A DNA stretch of 58,701 nt, counting the filler, from Catajapyx aquilonaris (taxonomy: Eukaryota): the NCBI GenBank assembly GCA_000934665.2. It is 4 parts of 4 records of this genome, joined end to end, with 100 filler letters (N's around TTAATTAATTAA, not from the genome) between each part and the next. Parts side by side here need not be neighbours in the genome. Positions count along the whole stretch, not along the records: positions 14,649 to 29,299 come from JYFJ02007738.1; positions 29,400 to 43,961 come from KZ539728.1; 2 more parts are not named here. One strand, given 5' to 3'. The notes beneath the pieces were generated by a model. That model did not search any database. It was not told where the DNA came from and was given only the letters and a program-made list of their open reading frames with translations. Positions 21,966-33,651 of this stretch are shown here, in pieces (positions within the stretch are counted from its first letter, which is position 1; every line of letters begins with the position of its first letter). Both the position numbers and the translations under genes were made by a program.

Positions 21966-23915
21966 TTATTGGAAAACATTATTGCCTTTAACGTTCTCAA
22001 GGATGAACAACACAGTACCTATGCCCCAACAAACTATAAATAGAAAATATATCGCACCACTCATTTGCTGAAAGTTCAATGCCATGGAGGTTGAATACAA
22101 TGTGTTTTTGTTCCGAGAGTCTCTTAGGCCAATTATCATGCAAGTGTACCTAAGATAATCGTCGTACTTCGCCATCAAACCTGAATCGAGAAAATACACC
22201 GTAATCCTGTCAGTAATAGGTTTCAAAATGCTATGTTTTTCAATGATCATTCCTGCTAGTAAAAGGTACCCATCATTATCCATTAATTTCGTTGGAACTT
22301 TACCTTCTTTATCAACAAAGAGGTGAGATAAAGCATAAATAATTGTCGAAGAAAATATGCATGCATGATCGGTCGTCATTGATTTTAAGACGCATGAATT
22401 TATATCTGCATGTCCTTGCATTTCTTGTACAATTATTTTTGAGGATTCGTCGTTATTATTGGAAAATACCAGCTGAAAACTGGGCCTAACAGCATCAAAT
22501 ACGCCCCAAGTCCACCCTGAAAATTCTACCAATTCATGAAAGTTTGTAGGTAGCTTTTCAAGCTCGGGCGAACATAAGTAGCCAATTAAGCGAGCTTCGT
22601 AACCACAAATTATTACCAGGGAAAATATCCACCAGAAAGATATAAAAATTCTAGGTGGATCTCCCAAAGGGACAAGGCTAGGATTTTCTTCGATCAAAGT
22701 AGAAAATAAATATCTGCACGAGTACAGGAATAAATTACTTGATGACGTAATTGGAAATATTACATTTTTGATCTCATTCTGAAACTTCAAAATAAGAAAA
22801 AAACTGACACTGCTAATTAATGTAGCAACAAACAGTATAACCCACATGGAACTTGTATACGGCTGAATAACTGCTTTCCAAGTGTAAGTTGCACTAGGAC
22901 TGCGCGTAATAAACGCTACACTAAAATACACATGGGGTATGGTGGTCAAATCAATAACTTTCACCATTATATCGTTGTAAATATTGAGACCAAAAACAGC
23001 TCTACGTGCGAGTATTTCACCTACTTGCCCAGTGTAGTTACCATCTTCCAAAGGAATATCGGGAAGTTCGCCGTCCACCATTGGAGTTGATTCAAAATTC
23101 CAGTCGAAATTTAATGCATCACTGACTGCAACAAAATATAAGAACGGCGAAAACATAGGCAAAAAATTTTCAACCATATATACCAATTCAGATTTAGACA
23201 AATCAAGAGGATGGGTGGCATTAATCAATTTTCCATGAAGATTTCTGGAATAATCGGGGTAGAACTCAAAATGTTGCGGCAGGCTGGGCCTTTGCAAAGT
23301 GTACTGTCCTCTGTATAAGGCCGTAGGGTTGCCTTTGTCGCAAAAGTGACAGTTGCTGAACAGGTTCAGAGACGAGTTGGTTGAATCAAAAGAAATGCCA
23401 AGTTGAAAAAGTAACACGTCAGTCAACGGATGTAACAGAGCACTCTTCACTCCCCTGTCCCGACTCCAGTACAAGAACCGATCGTGGCCAGGTTTCAAGA
23501 GTACTTTACTTGCTACTAACTCCAGGAGAGGTGAAAAATTTTGATCCACGAATGTTAAGAATATAAAGGCACAATTGGGAATGGGTCTTGCTGTAGATCG
23601 ATGCAACCAAGAAAACCAGTATTCAAAATTTCCGGGGCCAGAGTTCTCAGGAGGTGGTGGGGTAAAGTCTGACCATTGTATCGCGAGTACTAAGGATTGA
23701 GAATTGTGCAAGTTCGCTAACAGGTAGTTGAGAGTCACTGAGACGTTGATCGAATCACTTGCAAAAACAAATAGACACTCACTTTTTTCACTGTGGATTT
23801 TCAGCGCCAGTGATGCAGCCAATTTTTCTTCTGTTCTTAATTGTGGCTTCAAAGTATTGATCTTTAAATCACCAATATGTACCATGAAAAGGACTAAGAT
23901 CAGCGATCTAACCAT
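21966..23915 (-). CDS. Divergent ionotropic receptor (iGluR-related chemosensory IR), intronless, 649 aa
   Basis: Hydrophobic N-terminus; S1 GNYTGQVGEIL; FITRSP..WKAVIQPYTSSMW followed by M1; pore LFSTLIEE; RIFISFWWIFSLVIICGYEARLIGYL; S2; terminal TM ALNFQQMSGAIYFL..GTVLFILE. No amino-terminal domain of iGluR length. Confidence 0.9.
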   Translation of the reverse strand: MVRSLILVLFMVHIGDLKINTLKPQLRTEEKLAASLALKIHSEKSECLFVFASDSINVSVTLNYLLANLHNSQSLVLAIQWSDFTPPPPENSGPGNFEYWFSWLHRSTARPIPNCAFIFLTFVDQNFSPLLELVASKVLLKPGHDRFLYWSRDRGVKSALLHPLTDVLLFQLGISFDSTNSSLNLFSNCHFCDKGNPTALYRGQYTLQRPSLPQHFEFYPDYSRNLHGKLINATHPLDLSKSELVYMVENFLPMFSPFLYFVAVSDALNFDWNFESTPMVDGELPDIPLEDGNYTGQVGEILARRAVFGLNIYNDIMVKVIDLTTIPHVYFSVAFITRSPSATYTWKAVIQPYTSSMWVILFVATLISSVSFFLILKFQNEIKNVIFPITSSSNLFLYSCRYLFSTLIEENPSLVPLGDPPRIFISFWWIFSLVIICGYEARLIGYLCSPELEKLPTNFHELVEFSGWTWGVFDAVRPSFQLVFSNNNDESSKIIVQEMQGHADINSCVLKSMTTDHACIFSSTIIYALSHLFVDKEGKVPTKLMDNDGYLLLAGMIIEKHSILKPITDRITVYFLDSGLMAKYDDYLRYTCMIIGLRDSRNKNTLYSTSMALNFQQMSGAIYFLFIVCWGIGTVLFILENVKGNNVFQ

Positions 23916-24641
23916 CGTAAGGACTGACTGCTGCGCACTCGTTCTGTCTGCCCCATATAAGTAGAATTTTGTCAGTGAAATATAAACCCGCCAATTTTAC
24001 ATTGCTTCGGCTCATAAACTTAAGAACACGCTTAAAACTTACAAAATAAACAAAATGACTTTTAAAATGATATTTTATTTGGTATGTTATCTAACATCAA
24101 GGCGAGGTACATTATCCAGCATCCTTGCTAAATTGAGAGGATGCAAAATGTTTTTTCTGGCGAACTAGTCTTTGCTTCCCTTCAGGCATTCTAAAATTAC
24201 ACATCCTCAGTGACCTGATTCTGTCAATGTGATGTGTCTCTATCAGCAAAATTTCAATGATAATACTAGACTACCTACATTCCAGTAAAAGATGATGACA
24301 ATTTTTGTGACAGTTTTTCCAGATAGACTGTTATTGTGAATACATTGTACTTTTTATTGCAGCAATCAAGACTATGACAATAACAATTCCATTTGGATTA
24401 TGCTGTACAGTACTTCGTATTTTACCTGTCACTACAAAAGTTTGCCACTGTGGCACCAGGTCAATATACCCAGTGCTATGCAGCACTCCAACAGCAGTGT
24501 AATGCCAATTTATTTTTTAATGTAAATTATTATCACCCATTAATGTGTTTCATCCTACATTCATTCATTCATTCAACATTTCGCAAGGTACAGAACTGTA
24601 GTAGAGGATATGAAGCGCATGGACTATATAGGAATGCCTAA

Positions 24642-24972
24642 GGGGAGGCGGAGTGGTGCTGCGGTAACGTATGAGCCCACGGATGTTACGGTCCCGGGTT
24701 CGATCCCAGCCCGGGGAGGCGGGGACACCCCCTTCATCTCATGCAGAGTTTAGGTCGTCTCTGGCTTCGTCTCGGGTGGAATCTCCAATAGACATATCCA
24801 CCCGGGGGAGTTCACAAAATGTACCCATATCAGTCCGCGCACTGCACTTTGCACATCCCCTCCTATCATCCTGCCCGTGGGCCCGGGCGTTTCAATTAGG
24901 TTCCAATGTATAATAGTACAATAAAGGTTCCGTGTGATATACCCCCGCCAGGGGTGAACGCACTTACCCAGG

Positions 24973-25033
<61 letters not shown>
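24642..25033 (+). mobile_element. tRNA-derived SINE, head A, (ATT)n-type tail split by a Helitron
   Basis: Head A, tail GCACTTACCCAGG(ATT)n. The tail resumes at 27434-27443. TSD tatataggaatgcc at 24625-24638 and 27444-27457. Confidence 0.9.
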
Positions 25034-25034
<1 letters not shown>

Positions 25035-27130
25035 TAGCAGGATACCCGGCGTTGCTCGGGTTATGAAATACTTTTCCATAGGAGTGACTCATTGATTTGG
25101 TAGTAACCTTTGTAATAATTATGGCTATACAATGTTGGCATACCAGTGACATGGAGCATATTGCATGTGCATGAAGTCCAAACAACACACTGCGGATGTC
25201 AGATTGTAAGAAAATACACAATACACCTCCAAAATCCAGCAAAAGTGTAATGAAATATTGAAGGTGGTGCAGTAAATGTAGAAGTAAATGTAGAATGTAT
25301 AGAAGCTCCAGCATGGCAGAGCTTACAATCTGACATCCATTGTGTGTTTTTCGGACTTGATGCACATGCACTGAAATGCTTTTGTCAATTAATAAACATT
25401 TTGGTATGGCCTATTACGTTCATAATTGCATAGATGAAGCGTGTTGTCTCGAAGCTTCAACACAATATCCCTCTTATTACCATGCTCCTGACCACTCATG
25501 ATGACAGCAATCTCATTGCAAGAAGGTTGATTGAATCGACCACGATGCTCACCTTGTGGTCGCTTGTCTGCATCGATGACCAAGTCAAATTCCAGAGGAG
25601 GAGGACTCTCAAGTGCAAGTTTGAAGCTCTTGACATGAGTGGAATGGATCATGTCCTGAAGTTGCAGCGAGAGTTGCAGTATGATGTCGAGGCGTGTGCC
25701 GTTTAAGTAGGTGCAACGGTATTCCGCCTGCTGTTGCATGTTCCCCACGAAGTAAAGTTGCAGAAACCGCGGACTATGATTTTCTGAAGGAAGGAGTGAT
25801 CCCATGCGATGGTAAATTTGCCCTTGCACTTTGAATGTAGGCATGAAGCCCCCTTCTCTTGCAACGTTGGCCCCAAAAGATGTCATCTGGAAGGCCGAAT
25901 TGTAATTTCTGATGGTCTTCAGGAAATGTTTTGAATCAGGTGATGTGCCTATAAGAGGAGCATTTGAAGTACCTGTGGGGGCTCAGCCAGTAGAGGAAGG
26001 CTAACCTTTCCAATGGAGCAACAGATCGTTTTTGTTTCACCCTTCCACTTCTTTGCCTGACAGTGTTGGCATACCTCTGACATAGATCCAATTGCAACAA
26101 CATCGACAGAAGAATAGTCCATGTCTGCTGAGTAGTGGAAAGCGGCATGTAGGAGGTGGGTTGATGAAAATGGAGCTAATCTCCGACTGATGGCCCCTGC
26201 TTCTCATAGAGTGGAGACATTCTTGGTGTTCTTCCTCAGTCTCTTGGTCCCTCACCCTTAGCCGAACTCTGTGTGTATCCAATGTGCTTCTGCCAATGCT
26301 GCTATGTTTTAGGCCCATCTTACAGTCGGTGGGGTGTTGAGAATGTGGAGGTCCAAACGTTACAAAGTGAAAAAACAAACAAATGCAAAAAGATTGAAAA
26401 CTACGTGACACAGTACCTACGTAGACCACATTATGCCACACCTTATACACGTAATACCATTATACACATTATACCACACCTGATACCTTTATACCACACC
26501 TTAAACACGTTAAACCACATCCCATAACGACTTTTGAAAATTCATTGAGAATGTGGAGGTCCAAATTTTACACAGGGGGGAAAAAACAAATAAAAGCAAA
26601 ACCATTGAAAACTACATGACACAGAACGTAACACAGTTCGGAAGAGGAGAATTCCGACAAAAAGCACGTGACACAGTACGTGGAGGAAAAGGTATGGCAG
26701 AAAAAGTACGCCAAGAAAACCCCGACGGGCTGCCTGAGCAAACAACCCAAAACCGCTATTCTTACATAGGCTACAGCGCATTTGTATACCACCAGCTCGA
26801 ACCCTGGGCCTGCCCCGAGGCCGTAGTTGGACCATGCCACCGTGTCTAGGATAAAAATGGAATAAGATACAATAGGATAGCAAGATATGGAACTCTTTGA
26901 ATATTATGAACAAAACGTGATCATCACCCAATTACACCAGTAGTCTCGTAACCAAGGCAACAGTGTGTAATAAAATCTAAATTGGAACAATGAAGTATGC
27001 AACCAATGTGAGTGCAAAGACACTGGCAAAGTACAGCCACCACGTAGAAATGTAATGACACTGAGGGGCTAGAGGAGGAGGTGGCAGGGGGGAGGGGGGA
27101 GGGAAGAGGAGGGAGAGAGAGTGGGAGAGT

Positions 27131-27182
<52 letters not shown>

Positions 27183-27433
27183 AGGACATGGTTTCCAGGG
27201 CAACTGAACACCATTATTAGAACACAGGGGGCCAACAGCCAAAGTTCTTTTCGCCTCCTGGGGCCAAGGATGACATCGGAGGTCAATTCCAATGTGCTTA
27301 TGACATTCCCAGTAAAAAACTACCCCTAATGATACCCCTGGGGTATATGTCGGGGCGTCCGTATGGATTTGCATAGCGAATAAGAGGAAAGACAGACAGA
27401 CAGACAGATATACGTCGAGAAATATGTATTAGA
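25034..27433 (-). mobile_element. Internally deleted Helitron, copy 2
   Basis: 5' TC at 27433-27432, 3' hairpin CCCGAGCAACGCCGGG then CTAG at 25037-25034, A|T target. Contains a Rep/helicase fragment, a duplicated ~80-bp block (26337, 26546) and (GA)n. Confidence 0.92.
25389..26090 (-). pseudogene. Helitron Rep/helicase N-terminal fragment
   Basis: CCSNGKV zinc-finger-like segment, then YNSAFQMTSFGA..PTFKVQGQIYHRMGSLLP..FLQLYF..EHRGRFNQP..EIAVIM..RDIVL. Frameshifted and truncated before the Rep catalytic motifs. Confidence 0.88.
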
Positions 27434-27986
27434 TTATTATTATTATATAGGAATGCCCCATATACCAGAGAGACTTTTATGATTATCTGTAATAATTAAT
27501 AGTTACAAATAAAATATATGAGATTGATTCATTTAATTTGATATATATTTGAGAATTTGACCTCATTTACATGCTGTCACTTGCCTTCCATCGGCCTTAA
27601 GGTAGTTCTTGCGCTTGGAAACGGGGGGNNNNNGGGGGGGGGTTGAGCCTATGTTTATACATGGGGCGAGCTGGCCAATACCAACTTCTGCGATTGTAAG
27701 ACATTTCTACTAGTATTTCTCTGAAACAGAGTTTTGAGTACGTGTTTCGCGTCAGATACGTTACATGAACATTTATTTGGGGGATAATAATTCCCTCGTG
27801 CACTTTTGTCCCGGAGAAGAGCATAAATATGGCTGTTCCAAATACCGGAAAAAGTGCGGGAAATCCGGCAACGTTGGACACGTTGGCAGCACTTATCAAC
27901 AAAGAATCGATGTTTCGATGTATCGATATTTCCCCCAGCGATATATCGAGTACTCGATAGTTAGCACAACTATCGATATTATATCG

Positions 27987-28143
27987 CGGTCCCGGGTCTA
28001 ATACCTACGGAAAAAATACGGACGGGATAAAATACCGACGGGAAAAAAGTGGAAAGGTATATGTTCTTTGTATATTTTCGGTAATAAACTGTCGGAAATT
28101 TATTCTGTCTGTATTATGTCTTTCGGTATTACGTACCAGACCC
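27987..28143. mobile_element. Possible Mutator-like mini element inside an ATCGAT-rich MITE remnant (~27900-28250)
   Basis: 9-bp direct repeat attatatcg at 27978-27986 and 28144-28152. Weak TIR GGGTCTAATACC / GGTATTA..AGACCC. Confidence 0.4.
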
Positions 28144-28355
28144 ATTATATCGATATTTTAATAACATTACAGTGATTTGAGCTTATCAGACATCGATATT
28201 TTATAAGTAAACCATCGATATATCGATATCAATACATCGATAGTCCCATCTCCGCCGCCCCGTTCGAACTTGAGACCAGAGACCAATCTCCCATACACAA
28301 TCATAATATTTATTGCCCCTTTTAACTCTTGCACATCCCTATATCGTAAAACGAG

Positions 28356-28392
<37 letters not shown>

Positions 28393-28395
<3 letters not shown>

Positions 28396-28933
28396 GGTGA
28401 TCCAACTCTGTGGCACCAACAGTTATTGGAAAAATCAACAAGCTGCTTGTTTATAAGCAGGTCGTTGCTAAGAGATCAATAAGAGTTACTTTCTGGAGAA
28501 TCGGGAATAGCACCTGCTGATATTAGGTCCAATGCCCATGTAACAATATTAATGAGGGAAAAAAGGATCATTCGTGGGAAACAGGCTGTTCTGGTGTTCG
28601 CTGGAGGGTTTCACATGAGGTCACTAGCTGCCAAACCACAGGCCTAATCCGTCGGAACTGGACAGACCCGGGTGTGTCAATAAATAGGCCTTCTGGTCTG
28701 TTCATTGTTGGCCGCAGTTGGCAAAACTGAGACAGGTCAACAGGCAGCGTTGTTTAGTTACCAGCAAATAAAATATTATTGTTACATGGCCATTGGACCT
28801 AATATCAACAGGTGCTATTCCCGATTCTCCAGAAAGTAACTCTTATTGATCTCTTAGCAACGACTTGCTTATAAACAAGCAGCTTGCGCGATTTTTTCAA
28901 TAACTACTGGTGCCATAGAGTTGGATCACCCTG
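28393..28933. mobile_element. Mariner-type MITE (CAGGGTG family) in a (TA)n tract
   Basis: ta|CAGGGTGATCCAACTCT...AGAGTTGGATCACCCTG|ta, ~155-bp TIRs. Confidence 0.9.
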
Positions 28934-28939
28934 TATATA

Positions 28940-29299
28940 CAGGGTGTTTACGACCTAACTTTACAAACTTCTAGGGGTGATAGAGGGGACCAAGACAAAC
29001 ATTTTTGACATAGGAAACCGTGTCCGGAAACGCCATCTAGAGGGGGTTCATAGACAAGGAATGGGTGCGCTCAGGCGCGTCACGCGTGAGGCGCTAGGTG
29101 AGCGGACTGTTTTGTTGATAGATGGCGCTCGGATAGTAACCAACGATACGATGTGCCATAACGTGGCAACAACAGAGCCATCTAGCAACTAAAGTCTGCC
29201 TCCTAGGAGACGCGCGGATAGTGAACAGCGGTTCTGTTGTTGCCAGGTTATGGCGTATCGTGTTGTTGTTTACTTACAACGACGCGATACTCCATAACC
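28940..29299. mobile_element. Left part of a mariner-type element, cut by the linker
   Basis: ta|CAGGGTGTTTA; same family as 14365-14548. Confidence 0.75.
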
Positions 29300-29399
29300 N
29301 NNNNNNNNNNNNNNNNNNNNNNNNNNNNNNNNNNNNNNNNNNNTTAATTAATTAANNNNNNNNNNNNNNNNNNNNNNNNNNNNNNNNNNNNNNNNNNNN
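29300..29399. other. Artificial joining linker
   Basis: 44 N + TTAATTAATTAA + 44 N. Confidence 0.95.
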
Positions 29400-29494
29400 T
29401 TCCGACGCTGCTCCGAACCCGACTCTACTGCTCCGGATCGGGTTCGCTGTTATCGGGTTCACGGAGCAAGGGTTCGGTTCGGTTCACAACCCTG
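29400..29494. mobile_element. Right end of a hAT-like MITE
   Basis: GGTTCG subterminal repeats ending CACAACCCTG. Confidence 0.55.
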
Positions 29495-29803
29495 GTAGAA
29501 ACACTTGCCCAAATCTGGCAAAAAAATCGAATTGCGGAGACTGAGATACATATTTCGTAGTAAATTATTTCCGTTGGTTTTTAATAATATGGAGAATTTG
29601 ACTGAGGAATGCTAAGGAACTAAGGAAATTGGCCGGTTCAGCCCGGAATTCCATATGCGGAATGCTTTCGAGATGTACAAGTTTCACTGTAATACACACT
29701 ATTTCTTATGAGTTGCTTAAAAACAACTTTGACATTTCCTAGAATTAGCTAGAAAATATCCTAGAAAAAAAAGAAAAAAAGAAATGGGGGGGAAAAAAAA
29801 GAT

Positions 29804-29885
29804 CGACGAGGACGGGATTCGAACCCGCGTGGGCAGAGCCCATTGGATTAGCAGTCCAACGCCTTAACCACTCGGCCACCTCGTC
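29804..29885 (-). tRNA. tRNA-Ser-GCT: tRNA-Ser (GCT)
   Basis: 82 nt. Acceptor stem GACGAGG/CCTCGTC, discriminator G, anticodon arm TTGGA-CTGCTAA-TCCAA, variable arm GGGC-TCT-GCCC, T loop TTCGAAT. Oligo-T terminator follows. Confidence 0.96.
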
Positions 29886-30291
29886 GGTTGATGAACCATG
29901 GCATTCCCATCAATTTGAAGGGGTAGGTCACGTGATGATGTGTGACGTGGCAGTTTTATCAATAAATGAGCAGGGACCACCCGTGGCGTGGGTGGCGAAC
30001 CTGGTTAAGTTAGGTTGAGGTAAAGTGTGGCAGCGACCAGTGCAAAGCCCTGTACGTAACAGGGCCCCGATTGAGAATATCCACTCGCGGGGCGGCAATT
30101 CAAGACCCGTGTTCTTCCGTAGCGGTTAATTCAAAAGGCGTCAGTATCAGTTTTAACAGTCTTCACGTAATAAAGGTGGTAACAGGAACGCCAGAGAGTG
30201 ATGGTCAAGGCCTTAGGATTGCATCGCAAGCTCCCGAGAACCTGAGTTTGTCTGATAATTCGGATTGAAAAAAATTACGGTATATTAAACA

Positions 30292-30980
30292 CAAAGGTGG
30301 GCACAGCTAACCGAAAAATCAGCTTCTCTAACAGCTGATCAGCTAACTACAAAAAATTGGATTTGCTAAATAGCTAATGCTAAATGGCTAGAAAATTAGT
30401 TAAAGCTAATGCTAACAGCTAACAGCTAACTTCATTTTTTTTTTGCTCCATGACCCTTAAAAAACATACCTAAGCTGATAAAGCCTAGAGAGCATTGCTA
30501 CACATACGCCTTATTTAGTTATATAGGCTACTGTTCCGTACAAAAAGTAATAAACAAATCCAAAGAGGAAAAAAGTTTATATGTCTCAGAAGAAAGCCAC
30601 AAAGACAGGCATGGCAAAATTTATGTTAAAAAACTGGTAGCTATAATAAAATCCGCGCACCGAAGTGATCGGAAAAAAGTTTTGGCCAGGTAGACAGAGA
30701 ATTTACAATCCGGCACCTAGGCCTGTAAAACTGGTCTATATTTTAATCCCTGCCTGGAGTGGAAACAATGCAACTATAAAAAGTAACAGACAGCGAGACA
30801 GGAACACGAATGAATTTTGTTAGCCGCTGAATTTATTTAGCTGCAGTGCGGCACTAATTTAGTGGGAGCTAATTAGTCAGCTAGCGGCCTGAAAAGTTAG
30901 AGAAAACAGCTCATCAGTTAGCGAAAAGTTAGTTCAGCTATTAGCTGTTAGCGGATTAGAGGAGCTAATGCCCACCTTTG
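30292..30980. mobile_element. hAT MITE inserted in the left arm of the palindrome
   Basis: CAAAGGTGGGCA...TGCCCACCTTTG. Perfect 8-bp TSD attaaaca. AGCTAA/TTAGCT subterminal repeats. Confidence 0.9.
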
Positions 30981-31039
30981 ATTAAACACATTCTCGCTCC
31001 ATCTCTATGCATTTGTTGCAGTCACGGCTTACCTGACAG

Positions 31040-31298
31040 CATATTACTAGGATATACGTATGAACATAGAGTAGAACTCTACTTCACTGACAAAATGAGA
31101 GGTGCATGAGCAAGTGAATGACATGCAAACTGCGTTATTGCATAACAATTTGAAATTATGCCAGAAACATTTTTAGGCTCATCCTGCACAGGTGTCTGCT
31201 ACAAAAGTAGCTGACAAAATCATAAGGTAATGCACCTCTCATTTTGTCAGTGAAGTAGAGTGCTACTTTACGTGCATACGTAGTACATCCTCATAATG
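31040..31298. mobile_element. Small MITE in the palindrome spacer
   Basis: ACTCTACTTCACTGACAAAATGAGAGGTGCAT / ATGCACCTCTCATTTTGTCAGTGAAGTAGAGT. Confidence 0.7.
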
Positions 31299-31934
31299 TC
31301 CTGTTCATTACCTGTCAATAATAAAGCCTTGGATGAACTTTTTAAATGGGGGGTGACAACATACAGTACCGGTATATATTAATTTAGCAAACAGTAAGCC
31401 TACAATAGTCGATAATAATACCGTAATAGCATATTAGACTATGTGATATTGTGAAAACCTGAATAACTGACTCTGGTAAGTGACTGCAAGAAATGCATAA
31501 TAGAGATGGAGCGAGAATGTTTTTTTAAATTATTTTTTTCAATCCGAATTATCAGGACAAACTCCGGTTCTCGGGAGCTTGCGATGCAATCCTAAGGACT
31601 TGACCAACACTTTCTGGCGTTCCTGTTACCTCCTTTATTACGTGAAGGCTGTTAAAACTGATACTGATGCTGACGCCTTTTCAAATACCGCTACGGAAGA
31701 ACACGGGTCTTGAATTGCCGCCTCGCGAGGGGATAGGCCCAATCATAGCCCCGTTACGTACCGGGTCTTGCACTGGTCGCTGCCATACTCAAGCTCAACC
31801 TAACCTAACCTAACCAGGTCCGCCACCCACGCCACGGGTGGTCCTTGCTCATCTATTGACAAAACTGCCACCTCACACATCATCACGTGACCAAAGCCCC
31901 ATCCAGTTGGTGGGAATGCCATGGTTCATCAACC

Positions 31935-32016
31935 GACGAGGTGGCCGAGTGGTTAAGGCGTTGGACTGCTAATCCAATGGGCTCTGCCCACGCGGGTTCG
32001 AATCCCGTCCTCGTCG
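31935..32016 (+). tRNA. tRNA-Ser-GCT: tRNA-Ser (GCT)
   Basis: Identical to the reverse complement of 29804-29885; followed by ataatttttttt (Pol III terminator). Confidence 0.96.
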
Positions 32017-32325
32017 ATAATTTTTTTTCTTCTTCTTCTTTCTTTCTTTCTTTTTTTTCTTGTTTTTTTGCTAGACAATTTTCTAGCGAATTCTAGGAAA
32101 TGTCAAAGTTGTTTTTAAGCAACTTATAAGAAATAGTGTGTATTACAGTAAAACTTGTACATCTCTAAAGCATTCCTTAGCCAAATTCTGCACTGATATT
32201 ATTAGAAACTAACGGAAATCATTTACTACGAAATAGTAAGTATCTCACTCTCCGCAATTAGATGTTTTTGCCAGATTTGGGCAAGTGTTTCCACTGCAGT
32301 GCCCAAAGCCCCAAAGGGTTGAAGG

Positions 32326-32378
32326 TAGTGCGTACCTAGCACATTATTAAATTTTAATAATGTGCTTGGTACGCACTA
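32326..32378. repeat. 53-bp near-perfect hairpin
   Basis: TAGTGCGTACCTAGCACATTATTAAA-T-TTTAATAATGTGCTTGGTACGCACTA. Confidence 0.75.
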
Positions 32379-33395
32379 GTGATACTACCAGGAGATATTA
32401 GTCTCACAATAACGATGCTCTTCCAGCATCATGTAGCATAATGCCGGAGGAATGACGGGAGGGACCAGGATGTAGGCATCAGTAGGCACTAATATATTTT
32501 AGGTGAGGGGGGAAGGACCCACAGTGTGAAGACACTGACCCCGTATACTAATCTTGAAACCGAAAGAGTTCATTTCCTAAATTTAACTGGGTCATTGATA
32601 GTAACTACCTGCATCAGTAATTTGTTGACGATCTGATGATCTTAGTTAGGTAGCTCGAAGCTGGCTTGCAACCTTTGACCCGAATAAACCGGAAACTGGG
32701 AGGGGTCATTAGATTAATTTGATACCTGGGTTATTGAGTTGATGTTTTCATGTTTATCTGATGACCCTGGTGAAGAAACTTCGCACACGTTCCTCTCGGG
32801 GTTTATAAAAAACGAAGTATTTCTCTTATTAGTCGTTATTGCATCATATTGTCCCAAAAAATGAATGACAAGGAGACACTCGCCGTTTTTAACATACCGA
32901 TTGCAGTTCAAGTACTGTACATGAGCACTGTATCTGGTGATATATATTAGTAAACCAATGTAAAGGTAAGTATTTTTTTGTTTCATTATTTATTGTCAAA
33001 TTTTTAAGTGCAGGAGTTGATGTTCCTATGAAAGAGCGGTTGTGTAGAGCGGAAGGCCTTCTATATGTGACTGGCTTGGTAATTTATTATTTATGTCGAT
33101 GCAAATATTGGGGGTTTAGATGACGAGGAAGGATTTCCATTAACAGAAAGCTGTTCATTTTTAATTAAGCCCATTCCAAATATACGGTACGGTACCGTAC
33201 ATCAGTAGGCCTACACAATGCAATCATTAAGTTCATTTATGAGTTTTAGTGAAATACCAGTAGATTACTACAAAATACATGAATATGGTCAAAATCTGGT
33301 GTTCCGATTAACGTGGAATGCATCATCCAGCAAATATGTATTTTAGAGGTCTTGTGGAAAATACATATCAATGAATAGGACAGTACTGTCTATAG

Positions 33396-33651
33396 TTTTT
33401 TTTTACCCCGTGATAGAGCCAGTGGCTCTCTTAGGGGGGAAGGGGGAGGTTCCCTAGGGAGGGCACTGTATTTTCTGACTTGTGAAAAACACCAGACCTT
33501 TTCTACTGGCCCCGGGCAGATAGGGAGTGCAATTCTGCCCCGGCATGTCGGGTGAAAAGCGGAAAAAGACCCGGCCAAGCAGAGGTGACGGGGACGGGAT
33601 TTGAACCCCGGCCTCCCTCTTGGCTAGCCAACGGCGTAACCATGCCGCCCC
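33396..33651 (-). mobile_element. tRNA-derived SINE, head C, poly(A)-type tail
   Basis: Head and body match 17960-18190. Tail CTATCACGGGGTAAAAAAAAA. TSD tactgt(c/t)tatagtttt. Confidence 0.85.

Larger units (their letters stand above)
29495..32294. repeat. Large fold-back inverted repeat with a tRNA-Ser gene in each arm
   Basis: 29495-31025 (excluding the insertion at 30292-30980) is the reverse complement of ~31480-32294, e.g. GAAACACTTGCCCAAATCTGGCAAAAA / TTTTTGCCAGATTTGGGCAAGTGTTTC and GCGGCAATTCAAGACCCGTGTTCTTCCGTAGCGG / CCGCTACGGAAGAACACGGGTCTTGAATTGCCGC. Confidence 0.92.

Noticed and set aside
32634..32785. CTGATGA motifs as hammerhead ribozyme cores (also CTGAAGA near 34371)
   Set aside because: No stem II closing onto a correctly placed GAAA was found by eye.
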